A DNA stretch of 64,000 bases from Eledone cirrhosa (Eukaryota): positions 191,456,001 to 191,520,000 of the forward strand of contig OZ024742.1 of the NCBI GenBank assembly GCA_964016885.1, written 5' to 3'. Positions 26,918 through 41,180 of the stretch are shown in pieces. The first letter of the stretch is position 1. Each line of letters starts with the position of its first letter. The notes beneath the pieces are model-generated. The model had not been told where the DNA came from and searched no databases. It was given only the letters and a program-made list of their open reading frames with translations. Made by a program: the position numbers and the translations under genes.

Positions 26918-29129
26918 GATACCACTTGTTAGGAACAGTAAGGCCATTATTCACGTACACGTAGAGATGACTTTGAATATACTTATTCCTCATTTGCTAT
27001 TGAAGTTGTAGAGGCTGAGCCGTAGAGAAAGCATCTTTATAATTACACACACACACACACACACACACGCATACACACACACACATATATATATGTATAT
27101 ATAAGTATATATATATATGCATATATATACGGATATGTGTATATATGTATGATTAATTTATTGTATTGGAGAAAACCCTGATATAGTGATTTATGTTTCG
27201 TTCTAGTGTATCTTTTATCGAAATCATGAATATACCAGCAAAAATTGTAATAAATATGAAAGACTGTAAATAGGTCCAGATTTAAATGTTTGATTAGTGT
27301 TACTATGGCATTTGTAGTAGCTTGTAGTTGTTTCATGCCTTGACATTGCTTGCACATGTAAAAAAATATTATATAATGAGGCCACTAAAATTCCGTTCCA
27401 ACTGCCATTAGTAATTGCGGAGGAAAAATCTCACTAAATCTATATTACTACCTGAAAAGAACATATGTTGTATGCTGAAAAGAATATGGTTATATATAAT
27501 ATGTGACGCTGCTATTTTTTTAGTAACTGTACTAGTTGCTTCTACCTCATGTTTGTTTCACGTTACTTGTGGATTGTTGCTATTTATTTCAAATTAATAG
27601 AATTGTATACTTCTTCGTGTCGGCCCGTCTAACAACACCAATCAATTCATCGATGCCCTTAGAGGGGTTAGTCCAGTAGAAATCATTCGGATTATGCGTC
27701 CGATTTGACGATAATCACCACCATTTCTCTCATAAGTTTCACGGACTCTAAAAAATGACATGGACATTGTCCTTCTCCATATTTAAACAAGTTTAAACAT
27801 TCTAAATTAGCGAGATTACCATAGTATTTTGGGGCTGGGGGATCTAGAGATAGCATAGCTCATAGTTTTCACAAGTCCAGAAAACATGTCCTTATTTTCC
27901 ACTATAACTGTTGTCTTTCCTCTGATTTTGATCGATAAAATAAACTAAAACGGATAATGATGAAGTATTTTTATACTTGTGCCTATGTAACAGAATGTTA
28001 TCTTTAACAACAAAATAAATGCATGAAGGAATAAGTTACTTTTGTCCAGATATTGATAAATCTGTCGATGAAACCACTGTAAAATTATTACGTGTGATTT
28101 TGATTAGGCCCAGAAAGTATATACTATATGTTGGGTGATCAGGAATGTATGATCCTCTGGCTTGATTTAACGTGGATTTCAAAACGACGCGAGTCGGTAT
28201 AAAACTTTAAAAGCTCATCAATATTTCATACTACATCTAGTGTTACGTATTTTTAAATTTGTTTATTTTTATTTTACGTTATATTAAATTTTAATCTATT
28301 GTATAACGTATTTGCTGCAACCTTCGTTTCTATATAACTCTGACATCAACGCATGTATTGTAAACCCTCTTTTTATAAGGTTTATATGCGTGAGTATCTG
28401 TGGCTAATAAAGTAAACATTATTATTATCATTAGTAGTAGTAGAAATAGTAGTAATAGCAGCAGCATTAGTAGTAAGAGTAATAGTGTTTTCAAAGGATT
28501 TGATGTAATTTCCTTTTGTACGAAAATTCAAACTGATTTACTAAATGAGATTGTCTTGTTGGTGGATGGAGGCAAAATGGTTGATCTGAACCTGAACGAA
28601 AAATCAATTACGTTATTCAGGTGATCAGCATCAAGGAACCGATGGCGAATAACTGCATCAAATAACAGCTACCACCAGCACCAGCAACCCTATAATAATA
28701 GTAATAATAATAATAACAGTTGTTTCTTATTTTGGCACACGGCTAGTATATTCAGTTTGGGTGAAAGTTGATTATATCGACCCAAGTACTTATCTGACAC
28801 TTTATTTTATTGACCCCAGGAGGTGAACCTCAATAGGATTTCATATGAGAAAATAAAGTACCGTAATTAAATACAAGGCATCAAGTTCGAGGCATTAACG
28901 ATTATACCACCACAACAGACCTGTACAATAACATCACACTTATATCTTGATTGGATCTACGCAGGTTTCGAAGATGAGTGTTACATGTTTCTATCACCGA
29001 ATAACCTACTTGTGAAAGTGTAATGTTACTGGTTAGTATTCGAGAGAAATAAGTACAAGAAATTTAATTCAGGGGAAGATTTATTGTGACGCAGTATTTG
29101 ACAATGTTTGTTTTTTTTTATTTCAGGTA

Positions 29130-29300
29130 CAGCCGATTTGCAGGCTTCCAAACTGTCTCTGTCTACCCAATTTCACACACAAAGCTTTGATAAATCGATG
29201 ATATGGCAAATGGCATTTTCCCAAAATGCCACATAATAGGATTGAACCAGGAAGCTAATGATTGCAAAGCGATCTTCTTAACCATTCGGCCATACGTCCA
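29130..29300 (-). mobile_element. Degenerate tRNA-derived SINE (second family)
   Basis: Minus strand reads A-box-like ggccgaatggttaag and B-box-like ggttcaatcc, then a ggca..ttgggaaa core. Related copies at about 39165-39300 (minus) and 49230-49500 (plus). Confidence 0.6.
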
Positions 29301-29387
29301 CAATCTTATATTATCCACCGCTATATTGTCAAAAGGATAACAATGAGAATAATAGACTGATAATACAAATAGTAATAATAAAGATGA

Positions 29388-29437
<50 letters not shown>

Positions 29438-29883
29438 ACAACAACAATATTACTCCCGCTCCACCATTAACATCACTGCAATATCACCATTGGCATGAAT
29501 ATATGTACAATACTGCAAATGTACCATGAGGCTTTATTTAATCAGTCGGCCATATTAACTGATCCAAAGTTAAGCTAATTCTGTTAGATTTCAATTACTA
29601 ATAGCGGAAACAGTAAACTAAATGCTGTTTCCCTAGCAATATTCCCACTGTATGTTACAGCGTCTTTCAATTTGTTTACTGCCATAACATCAGTTTTAGT
29701 AGAAGATCGCTATTTCTGTATGTGCATCTCTGACACACACATACGTACATACATTCATATACATATATGTGTTTATTTATATACGCACTTGAATAGGTCC
29801 GTCCATCTATGGACCTTTAATTCAGAGGATCATAAGTGTGTATGTACGTACGTATGAAAACGCGTGTGTGTATACATACATAT

Positions 29884-29930
<47 letters not shown>

Positions 29931-30309
29931 ATTGCGAGCAATTTCGTACTAAATATAGAATCTATTCAATATATTTTGAATAAAAATGTGCAGAAAATCT
30001 GAAGCCAAAATCCTTCCCATATTCACAAGTATTAACAAAGATTACGAACAACTATTCTAATATGTATGGTACTGACACTTGGCAATAATGTACGTATGCA
30101 ACTCGCGTCTAAGCTGCTTTATTTGTCGCTTTCATTATTGCAATTATTACTGCAGCAATGTCTATTCCTGCTGCTACTGTGCATTTCGTGTTCTCTTCCC
30201 CCGCTACAATGGCGTAAAATATAAGCTCATACTCTTTCAGGTTACTCATTAAATTGACTATTTCTTTGTTGTATTTTATTTTCAAATGTCTGGAGCTTTC
30301 TCAAATAAT

Positions 30310-31120
30310 ATTAATAATTGTTTCTACTTTTGGCACAAGGCCAGCAATTATGCCAGTGCATATATCAAATAATATTAATAATAATGGTTTCTTATACAGA
30401 CAGAAGGCCAGCAATTTTAGGGAAAGGAAAAGTCGATTAAAACGACCCGAATACGTTAATGGTACTTTATTTTCTCGACCCCGTAATGATGAAAGGGAAG
30501 GTTAACCTCGGCGAGATTTGTACTCAGATCATAAAGGGACGTAACACTATGCTGCAAAACATGGCACCCAACTCTCTACCGATACTGCCAATCTACCGCC
30601 CTAATGATATTAATAATAATTGTTTCTACTATTGGCACAAGGCCAGAAATTACCTAGTACATTCCTGGTACTTTATTTTATCGACCCCGTAAGGATGAAA
30701 GGCAAAGTTAACCCCGGCGGGATTTGAACCCAGAGTGGCAAGGACCATAACTCTATGCGTCCAACCCTCTATCGATACTGCCAATCTACCGCCCTAATGA
30801 TATTAATATTTTGCCTAAACAAGAAATCATTATTATTAATAATTATTTCTTCCGCCCTACCGCCCTAATGATATTAATATCATTAGGGCGGTAGGGCGGA
30901 AGAAATCCTTATTAATAATAATGATTTCTTGTTTAGGCACAAGGCCAATAATTTGGGGGGAAGGAAAAGTCAAGTAAATCGACCCCACTACGTTACTGTT
31001 ACTTTATTTTCTCGACCCCGGAAGATGAAAGACAAAGCTAATCTTGGCGGGATTTGAACTCAGAAGGTAAAGGGCTGTAACTATATGTTGTTCGACGCCC
31101 AACCAATATTGCCAAATAAT
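30310..31120 (-). mobile_element. Tandem cluster of Meta-domain-like SINEs (three copies plus a tail fragment)
   Basis: Reverse complement of the 16033-type unit at about 30380-30605, 30620-30805 and 30925-31117, joined by (AAT)-rich linkers. Confidence 0.8.
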
Positions 31121-33456
31121 GATATATTATCATTATTACTAATTCATCTTATAGGCCATCATTTCATAGGATGGAGGAGACATAAGAGAGAGAATTTACG
31201 ACATTAGGGTGGGAGTTTACACAGAATATTGGGTAACAAGTTTACGTAGTATGCAAGTTAGGTATACATACTGTATACCTAAGGCAGTCAGACATCCTTT
31301 TTAGAGAGAAAGCCGAATTCCTCACGATAATTGAGAAACACCTCAGATTCACACCAAAAAACGACTGCCTTATCTCAACTGTCTTTGTAGACCTACACTT
31401 TTTACGCTTTTTGATACTTTTCCACATTTTAGTAAATTTTCTGGAGGACAACGCCTCTCTGTTCACACATCTTCCTTTACAAGAGAATCTGCCAAATTCG
31501 ATGAGAGCTTCGCCGAAGAGGAAGGTCTCTGTTTCCGGCTTTTCAGTCTTGTCTACCATGCATCGTTTTTCAATATAGCGACCAAATATAGAAACACTAC
31601 ATTCCCTTCTCTTTAAAGTAGGGCAGTGTGATGATCTTCACAAATATGTTAATCGATAGCCGTATACGTACTACATACAACAGTATTTCGACATAAATCC
31701 ACAAATCTGCAAGTCAGGAAGATTGAACGAATGCATGCAAAACAGATTAATCACTCTGCATCTATCTCGGACTGAGATGTCTGGCATCCCTTCCATACCT
31801 GTAGAGTTCATCTTGAACCAGTAGAGCCCCCCCCCCCCCCCGCACCCAATGGCACTGTCATATCAGAGCATTCTAGAAATTATTGATTGTCACCAAGACA
31901 AAGATCCTCCGGAACAAAACTTGGCAGTTCGATCTCGGGAGAAGGTTTTCATACTTCTCTGATCGCAAAGAAATACAATAATATAAAGCCTTTCCCATCT
32001 GATCAAATGTCCAATAATTTATGAGGTAAGGCAAAGTCGATTGCTTAGAGCCGAGTAGGTGATTGACACATTTATCGATTTCGGAATCACCGTTGTGTGA
32101 ATTTTTTCTGTAATTCAAATGTCCAGCCTTACATTATGTCGTATTTGTTCTGCATGAGATTTACGTTAATAGGGTACGTGTCTCTGCAATAACCTAATCA
32201 GTTAATTTAGTATGCATGCCAGTCAGTTGATCAAACAACTGAATGCTCATCACTGAAATCCTCTTCCATAAATGCTATTATATATGCACCGTATTATAAT
32301 ATTGATATTACTGTACATGGTCCCGTAATTGCTGAGGGAGTCATTGCTATACGACGTTTTTAGGGCATTTAAAAACCTGTCGGAGCCCACCTCTTCTCTG
32401 GGTCTAAATACAGCTGATTTCTTCCAGGGAAGGAGGGAGTGAGTGAATGAATGGAAGTGAGAAAGAGATATAGAGAAACAATCGAGTCCATTACTAGGTT
32501 GGTATATTTTTCTCGATCTCAATTTGAGCGGCAAAGTTGACAACTTAGAGATTTGAACTCACAGAGCGAATATCGTTCTCACGACTCTGCCAATTTGCGC
32601 CTAAAATATTTCTATGATAGTGATGAAATGAAAACAGATCGCGTTAAGCTTTTATGAATCATCGGAATACCATTAAAGGATTCAAACCATTATCCCTGGA
32701 ATCAAACCTGCGTGGCAGATTCGTTTCTCCGAGTAGTCTTTGTTGAAACCTTAAATCCTGATGCAGTTATACCGGATATGCAGCATTTCTTCTGCATTTT
32801 AAGATTTTTGAGGCCTAGCTACGTTACAGCTGTTAACTTCTAGATAGATTGGTGTGGCATGAGTGAATAATACATGAAGCCAGTATTTAACCTCGCAAGA
32901 AGGAGAGACAAAGTTGCCTTCGCTGTGATTTGAACATAGCACAGATATTTGAAACACAACACAAATCATTCCATCTATCATTGTAATGACTATGCTAATT
33001 GACGTACTTGAGAACTTAATTACATACGTTACTATACAGAAAGATATGATATATTACTTTCAAAATATCAAGTATGCTGTTTATTCATAGCTTAAAGGTG
33101 AATGCGTTTTGAGAAATCAGATGCTGAAGCAATTATTTCTAACAGTAACAGTGTTTTTTTTTTTTATTATGTGGTTACATCAGAATATCAACATGTATTC
33201 TTTCTATACTCGTACAATTAATTGTTTCGAAGATGGATTTAATAAAATAACAGAAGCGATGTGTTTACAATTCGTACAAAATTTCAGCACTCTTCTGTTA
33301 TACTTTTAGTTGTTCTACGCTATCAGCCTACGACCTTACTGAGACACCACGAAAATATATTAGCTAATCATATCGATGGCAATCCTTATTTTACCGATGT
33401 CATTTTGACGAACCGTTAATTTGCAGTGCATAAACAGTACACACACAGACATTATA

Positions 33457-33512
<56 letters not shown>

Positions 33513-33518
<6 letters not shown>

Positions 33519-33868
33519 TACCAGATTAAAGTTTAAGGAAAGAATCGCTGCTTTCACCCTAAAATCAAAAGTGAATATTTCGAAAAACGCTCCAAATAAT
33601 GTCGTATTATCTTCGTTTTTTTCCCTTCTTTGCCAGGAAATGTTTCCACGAACGAAAGTATCGTCTTCCTGTCTTCCTTCAGTTTCAACGTTTTTCGAAA
33701 TATTTACTTCTGCGTTCACAAATTGATAATGTTAGTTTCAGAAGATCCCGTTAAGGGTGAAAGCAGCGATTCTTTGCTTAAAATTTAAACTGTTATTTTA
33801 ATAAATATTTGCTGTACGGTTCTTATATACTTGATATATATATTTATCCTTATCGAGCCCTATATTAT

Positions 33869-33871
<3 letters not shown>
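33513..33871 (+). mobile_element. Pseudo-LTR of the 12092-14135 Naiad family with a 5' inverted piece
   Basis: 33585-33805 matches 13915-14133; 33513-33559 is the reverse complement of the hammerhead 3' half; (TA)n flanks. Confidence 0.8.
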
Positions 33872-33919
<48 letters not shown>

Positions 33920-33963
33920 GTGTGTGTGTGTTTGTGTGTGTGCTGTATGTACTATATATATAT

Positions 33964-34133
33964 GACAATGTTCAAGACCCCGACGTCAGAGCTCAGTCCA
34001 GAAATAGCCGTCGAAACGGCTTGAGCTCTGCCGTTGGGGTCTTGAACATTTTCCTATTACCCACTCTACTACCCTAAGTATTGATTACTCTGGTGTGTTA
34101 TGGTCCACCTGATTCCTTACCACACTTCCTTCG

Positions 34134-34134
<1 letters not shown>
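33964..34134 (+). mobile_element. Family W short insertion with an inverted 5' arm
   Basis: aatgttcaagacccc / ggggtcttgaacatt arms plus the W tail; (TA)n flanks. Confidence 0.8.
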
Positions 34135-34181
<47 letters not shown>

Positions 34182-34215
34182 AGATTTGAATGGATACAGT
34201 TTAGTTGAAAGGAAT

Positions 34216-34335
34216 TTATTGACACGTGTTTCTATAACAGTTACATAACCTAAAACAGCTGCAATCTACAAACTTTTAGTTATGCAGACATTCAATATTT
34301 CAATGTTATTATTTACTGTCATTTCATCAGAATAA
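34216..34335 (-). ncRNA. Type I hammerhead with a large stem II insertion
   Basis: Minus strand: ttatt-CTGATGA-a atgacagt...actgttat a-GAAA-cacgtg-TC-aataa; canonical core, perfect stem I, palindromic stem III. Confidence 0.78.
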
Positions 34336-34845
34336 TATTACTGAGGACCTATTTAGTTTTTATAGAGAATATTAGGAGGGAGGGGTGAAGTTGTTAGAAG
34401 AATAGTTGAAGGAGTGGTTTTTCGATAGCAGTGAGAATTCTTGGTGGCAGTGAGTAATTAGATTCCCATCTGTTGTTTTGACATTTTTTATAGAATATAT
34501 TATTGGTTATTTTTCTAAATCTATAGAAGGATTAGAGATAGTAAAGATATGCGTGGTTGGTTTTGTGTTTGCACTTAATTAACATTCAGACTTAATTTTT
34601 TCTTTCAAGTGTACGTATCCTTTCACCCACGCATTCACACACAAATATATTTGCACACCTCTACAAAATACATATACTCACAATTCACATATTCATACTT
34701 ACATATATATACACATGCATACACATATATATACACACATGTATTCATGTACATACATACGCGCTCATGTGTATACATTTTCATACTCTACGTGAGCTGA
34801 TAATCTACTGTGTGTAATATTTATATTACAACACAACGGAAAATA

Positions 34846-34908
<63 letters not shown>

Positions 34909-34913
34909 AATAA

Positions 34914-35164
34914 GGGCGCTGCGGAGTTGCAAATGGGTTACATATGAAAAAAGTTTGTCCTTTATCAGTGATCTTCCAACCATCATAGGCATTTCATCGC
35001 TTTAAAGACCATATACCTCTGGTTGGTGCGAGCAACGGCTAAAAAAAGTCGCTGGGACACGTAAATAAAGGGGACGCGAGTGTAAACAAACAAAATGGTG
35101 AAGCAACAGAAAGTGAGGAAGAAGGAGACAAGTCCCAAATTTCTATGAATTTAAATTCGGTGAA

Positions 35165-35170
<6 letters not shown>
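34914..35170. repeat. Dispersed repeat family V (other copy inverted at 55190-55450)
   Basis: ttgcaaatgggttacatatg..ggttggtgcgagcaacggcta matches the reverse complement of 55190-55450; (TA)n flanks. Confidence 0.75.
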
Positions 35171-35204
<34 letters not shown>

Positions 35205-35207
<3 letters not shown>

Positions 35208-35650
35208 GTAAGTCAAAAAGGTATGGTAATTCATTGATATGCCCAGCTCCTGGGTGTGTTGTTAGTCTTCTAAAGAACTGGAAGCATATCAATGAATTAA
35301 CAAGTTAAAATCCATTACAACATCACATTTTCCTGTTTTTTCTGTTTAAATTCTTACAGCCTGATGAGGTCATAGCTGTTGAATAATGGCTACCACCGAA
35401 ATATATATAGCAGCGAATGTAAATAAACGAAGCCAACTTTACACTGTTGACTTACACTTCTTATTTTTACATTACTCCGTAGTAAACCAACCAACCTGCG
35501 CAATTCTTTGAGTGCTCCAACCTGCATACTGAGGTGCCGGTTAACAACCAACAATATTTTTCCAGTTCTTAGAGGACTAACAACACACCCTGGAGCTGGG
35601 CAAATCAATGAATTAACAAGGTGAAAATCATTACAACATCATACTCAAAA
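35205..35650 (+). mobile_element. Retrozyme-like ~318-bp tandem unit with hammerhead (35357-35414) and a 5' inversion
   Basis: atcaatgaattaacaag..cattacaacatca at about 35288 and 35604; 35228-35283 is inverted relative to 35560-35615; CTGATGA-ggt..acc-GAAA-tatata-TA. Confidence 0.7.
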
Positions 35651-36508
35651 TGTTATATATATATATAATAAAGAGTCAAGATCCCGACGGCTGAACTCCT
35701 GCCGTTTCAACAACTAATTTCAGTCTGGAATTACCTTTTGAAATGGCAAATTCTCAACCACAGAGATCCCGTCACTTTATAATATAACCATGCTCTACAA
35801 CCACAAGTATCGAGTACTCTGTTGAGAAATGGACTAAGTGCCTGAAGATAGGTCACAACTTTTATATCAGGCCTAGAACATACATATATATATTTGAGTA
35901 CTGTTTTCCTTTTTCCATTTTCAAAACTACGGATAGTGCTACAAACATACACACTCAATATATTGTACAGCGATTCGAGACAGATTCTCTCTAACAACCG
36001 ATTATTTCACTCACTTGTTAATTTGTGTTTGACTTGAAATATGTTGGTTGAGTTCTTATAGAGCGGCCGTAGCATGGAACCTCAACTCCTAGCCATCAAG
36101 TACATTTCTGAACCTATGGCTAATCGGTTGACAGTATTTTGATGACGCGTAAAGTTTTCAGTTACTAATGTACTAGTGTCACATGTCCCACTTACTGCCA
36201 TAGGCAACCCGGACTGGAATCGAATTGTGTCAATCGATTGTTTATTGATCAGGCGAGACCGCTGATGAAGTCACATGCGCCGATTGTGCATTGTTACATA
36301 ATAAATGCAGACAGTATATGTTGTGCGCTCTCTTACTGCATTAAGTGAGGTCGAGTACAGATATACATTTATGATACCCATTTACACATGTTATATTGAG
36401 GCAAATAACTTTGTGTCTACTCTAGAATGTTTACCTACCTTTAACTATTGAGTACGCTGAGATGAAACTAGTACTAGTAGCTAAATCTTATGCTAGTCCT
36501 GTTAACTT

Positions 36509-36537
<29 letters not shown>

Positions 36538-36542
<5 letters not shown>

Positions 36543-36903
36543 TGTATATATAGTGTATTTTGCAATACACTGTATGCTTAATTAAAAGCATTTCGAAGAT
36601 CTTACGCTATTGTTTTAGGGTAGTGACAGTCTCACTTACTTTTAATTTTCAGCAAACAGGGGAGATAAAGCTGACAGAGCTATGTATCGTACTGATTGGT
36701 ACTTATCAAAGCCAAGTACTGCACCTGTTTGCTGAAAATCATGAATGTTTGATTCTTATAGTATTTCTAGTAATAATCAGGAACTGATTATACAGAGCGG
36801 TTGCCGATCAAGCAGAAATTGAAAATTAGAATTGGCGCTTGAAATAGCGATATATATATGAATGTATATATAGTGTATTTTGCAATACACTGTATGCTTA
36901 ATT
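36538..36903 (+). repeat. 320-bp partial tandem unit in (TA)n; related copy inverted at 42985-43097
   Basis: atgaatgtatatatagtgtattttgcaatacactgtatgcttaatt at 36538 and 36858. Strand uncertain. Confidence 0.7.
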
Positions 36904-37459
36904 TACATAACTGTTAGAGATTCAAATAATTTAAATTATTGAAGAAAGAAAACATAGAGAGAAACATATGAGGAAAAAGATAGTTACTATAAGTATACAA
37001 ATATCTCATGCACGAAAGCAAAAGAGAATTGATTAAGGATAGAGAGACAAGGAAGAATAATTGTTATAGTATAAAGCATAGGGAGGGAAATTTGTATTGT
37101 CGTGGATAAATAGCGTATAATTAGATGATGCAAAAATATATATATAAATACATAAATATACATTTGGGCATAGGTTTGTGAAAGAATAATTTCGAATCTT
37201 TGAATTATCTAGAAATAATCAATCAATGTAAATATTAAATATATCTGGGTGAAATTATATGAGGGTTTAATTTCGAGTCCTTAAGTTAATTAGAAATATA
37301 CTATTAATCAATTATATTTATCCAAACGTATCCGGATGACCGTTAAATTTAGAATCATTTATGTTAGTTCAGAATAGTGAATTAATCTAAAGGCATAATA
37401 TTTCGGGCTATAAAAATGTATAAGTATTTATATTAAAGTATACTATCGTATTTAATTCA

Positions 37460-38525
37460 TAATATCATATTTAAAGTATTTGCAAACACGAGAAAGAAGA
37501 GACTTAATATTTTCATCATCTCTTAATATTTTCATAATTAAATTATATTAAAAAAATGTTTATATTAAAGAGATTTTATATTAAATATAATAATCATTAT
37601 ATAATTTAGAAAGTAATTGCAATTATAACTTAAACAATTTTAAATTTTACAATTAGAATGCCCTAAAGTATCCAAAGGCCTTATAATTATACTTAAAAGG
37701 GATATTATTAAACTAGATATACGCATTTGTCTAAATGTATACAAAGAGTATATATTAAGACGATATTAGTCAGTCATATATAATATAAAATAATATAATA
37801 AATAAGTTACTGTTAATATTGTTAAAATTAAGGTTTTACATCAATTATTATATTAGGATCATGTAATACATATATACTATAAATATACAAATCAAACTTA
37901 ATGAATCATAAAATATAGGAACCAGATTCAAAGTAAATAAATAAATGGTTTGCGATCTTATTAGTGCCAAATAACTAAGCTATATAATTTAAAACTACAA
38001 TAAAATGTTTAATGATCTATATTATAGTATAATATCATATTTAAAGTGTCTGCAAACATTACAAAGAGAAGACTTAAGATTTTCATCAACCCGAAGGTAA
38101 CCCAAATTTAATTATATTAAAAAATAATGATCATTATATAATTTAGAAAATATTTAACAATTATAACATTAGAATGTCCTTAAGTATCTAAGGCACTTAT
38201 AAATGTAGCTAGAAGTATGTTATTAAATTAGATATACACATTTGTCTAAATACATACAGAGTATTCTGTTCAAAACTCAAGAAGATATTAGTGATCTTTA
38301 TACATATAATAAATAATAAATACAATTATTGTTAATAATGTTATAATTGAAGTTTTACATCAAGTTAAGTGGGAAAAGGTTTGTCGACTAGGATCGTGTG
38401 CGACACATATACCATAAATATATAAATCAAACATCTTGAATCTTAAAACCAACATACTCCAAATGAATCAATAAATGAATGGTTTACGGTTCTTTGTAAG
38501 CTATATATTTAAAAAAATACAAAAA
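37460..38525. repeat. Diverged AT-rich ~570-bp tandem duplication
   Basis: aatatcatatttaaagt..tgcaaaca at 37461 and 38031, with further colinear matches. Confidence 0.75.
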
Positions 38526-39013
38526 TGCCGACAAAATTAAATGTACTTACACAATCAAGTGATATGCATATTCATCAAGAGATCATGTTTACAGTGTATA
38601 TGTTTATATATTTATATAGACCCTTAATCTAACATTAATCATATCGTAAATGAATAAAAATTATTATAAAGTTTTATAATCTGTTATAACATTTTACGCA
38701 CTCAGTTGATAAGAAACGTCAAAAAGTATAAATTATTTATTCAGTGTTATTTCCTGACTTCTTGCAAGGCTGGGAATGTAGGCAATTTGAGAATAATTCA
38801 CTTTTTTTGTTAATTAAATTTTCATAATTAGTAACTATTCATAGGGTCTCCATAGTACAAAGATTGCAGTTAGGTGATATTGAAGAATTCAAGTAGATTC
38901 GACTATTACACAGCTTCGACCAAGAAATCGAGTATTTTAAATGTTTGTCTTTTAACGACCATATAAGTTGTGATAAAGAAGTCGAAGATTTTAAAAATTG
39001 TATTTTCATCTTA

Positions 39014-39076
39014 TTTTACCTGATGAGGACGTACTGTTGAAGATAGCTCAGTACCTCTGAAATATGGATAATAAAA
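39014..39076 (+). ncRNA. Hammerhead-like motif
   Basis: ttttac-CTGATGA-ggac gtactg..cagtac ctct-GAAA-tatgga-TA-ataaaa; about 45 bp upstream of (TA)n. Confidence 0.55.
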
Positions 39077-39119
39077 TATACTTGATCACACGAATGTCTA
39101 TTTTTGTTAATATTTTGAA

Positions 39120-39160
<41 letters not shown>

Positions 39161-40537
39161 GTGCTATAATCATTCCCATAGATTCCGTCTACCGAATTTA
39201 ACTCTCTAGACACTTGTCAACCTTTACATTGCGAGTGAATCCAAAACCTCATGTTAGCGAAACAAACTGAATTTTTTAACACAGCTATGTCTGCGTCTAT
39301 TTTCCATCAGTTACTAAATCAAACCTGTTTAAGTTAACCTAGTTATATCAGTGTCTCAAAATGTCGACATCTGACTTCCAGTTGTACCAGTTTTGTGAGC
39401 TAGATTAAAAGGAAAACAACATAGAAAGTAAAACTGCTATTTACAAATTGGACACCTTATCTATGCGTGATTATTTTAGTTAAGTAGCGTGTTTCTTATT
39501 ACCTATGCTAACTAAGTTTAACAAATCACAAATAGTGGACAAGTTTCTTCACGAAATTCTTCCAGGAAGCCGACTTGTTGATGTAATTTAACTTGTAAAA
39601 GCCAATTTGGAAAAAATAAAACGAAACAAAAACGAAAAACAAAACATAGCTCTTCATTGATTTCTTAGAAATCAGTAGTAAATGCCACAACGAAACATGG
39701 AAATGCTTTCTGTCAGACATTTTTTAAAGTAGTTGCTTCCGAGGAAAACTAGAAAATTTAATGCTTCTAACGTTACAGTTGTTTTCTCTTTCCAAACACT
39801 AATTCTAATACACATTTCCAATATTTCTTCTCACTTGTTTTCATTGTTTAGTTTAATTCTTAATTCGTGTTTTCTTTCTAGCGTGTTATATTTTTGATAT
39901 TTTTGGTTTTATGTTGTCTTGCTTTAGACTTTCCTGCATTTTAACTCAGCGCTTGTTTACCTTTTCATTGATCAAATAACGTCTGCTTCCTTATTTCCCC
40001 TCTGTGTGTTTCCCTCAAATCTTCTTTCTTAGCCTGTCTGTTTGAATATTGGTGCATGTGTATTTATACATGCTCTTCAGAGGTGCTTGCGATATCGTAT
40101 TCAATATAATGTCAGTAATCTCCCTTGACATATTCCTTAAATGATTCCAAGTGTTTTTATATGTGAGTCACTGAAGACACAGATAGCCAATATATCCTTC
40201 CGACTTCATGCATGTTTAATGTGTGATTGGTATTGTGTTGCTTTTGGCATTTGAGGGTCGTCTGAAGATGCGTAATTAAAGTAGCAGTCTAGGTCAGTTG
40301 ACAATCGAGAATTTTAAAAGGCCGGGTTGAATTTTTTTCTAGAATTCTTGTTCAATTTCCTACAAAGAATACAGCAGATATAATAAAAATGTTTTTATGC
40401 ACAGAATCTCCGAGTTCAGGCAATCGAATTAACAATACATATTCTAATATATATGTATATAGATAAAAATAAGAATTGTTTTTCTCGCTCTAGCAGAGCT
40501 GTTACATATTAGTAAGTATGCATACGTAGACACGCAA

Positions 40538-40576
<39 letters not shown>

Positions 40577-40675
40577 ATATATATATATATATATACATGT
40601 AAAGTTATATTTAAAATTGTTGGGTTACAACTAGTAAATATTTATAACTGATATAAAAGCACTCGACAAATATTT

Positions 40676-40800
40676 GATCTAAGTTCAAATACCGCCGAGG
40701 TTAACTTTGCCTTTCATCCTTACGGGGTCGATAAAATAAAGTACCAGTGATGCACTAGTTAATTGCTGGCCTTGTGTCAAATGTAGAAACAATTATTAAT
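40676..40800 (+). mobile_element. 5'-truncated Meta-domain-like SINE fused to a family Y tail
   Basis: B-box through tail match the 16033 unit. Confidence 0.75.
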
Positions 40801-40835
40801 GTTCGATATAACACATACATACATATGTATGTTTC

Positions 40836-40866
<31 letters not shown>

Positions 40867-40952
40867 ATAGCTTTCACAGTATTTTTGACTAAAGGAATTT
40901 TAGCTTGATAACGGGGTTTAGAACCCTCAGATAAATGGAAAATGATGAGTAT

Positions 40953-41023
40953 TGACGTACATGGGAGTCGAACCCACATCTGTGGTTATCGCGACCACTG
41001 TGCTACCATTACACCAACACAAC
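40953..41023 (-). tRNA. tRNA-like cloverleaf (non-canonical anticodon loop CGCGATA)
   Basis: D stem gtgt/gcac, anticodon stem gtggt/accac, T stem gtggg/cccat with loop ttcgact; A and B boxes present. Probably not a decoding tRNA. Confidence 0.6.
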
Positions 41024-41180
41024 ACCCATCTCTTTCCATTCAAATTAGAAACTACATTCTTAGCGAATTTAAATGGCAAGTAAGTATGTTTTGAAACAGT
41101 GAGCGAGTTTGAAATTAGAAAATATATAGCTTTCACCGTATTTTTGACTAAAGGAATGTTAGCTTGATAAAGAGATGGGT

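Noticed and set aside
28580-28630. SECIS-like hairpin (ctga-acctgaa..aaaaa..ttcaggt-ga)
   Set aside because: Helix II too short, no AUGA, no associated ORF.
31240-32200. Possible host exon or decayed LINE
   Set aside because: No convincing domain or splice structure; only a faint RTE-like resemblance in hand translation.
37000-38700. NUMT suggested by extreme AT content
   Set aside because: No recognisable mitochondrial gene, rRNA or tRNA.
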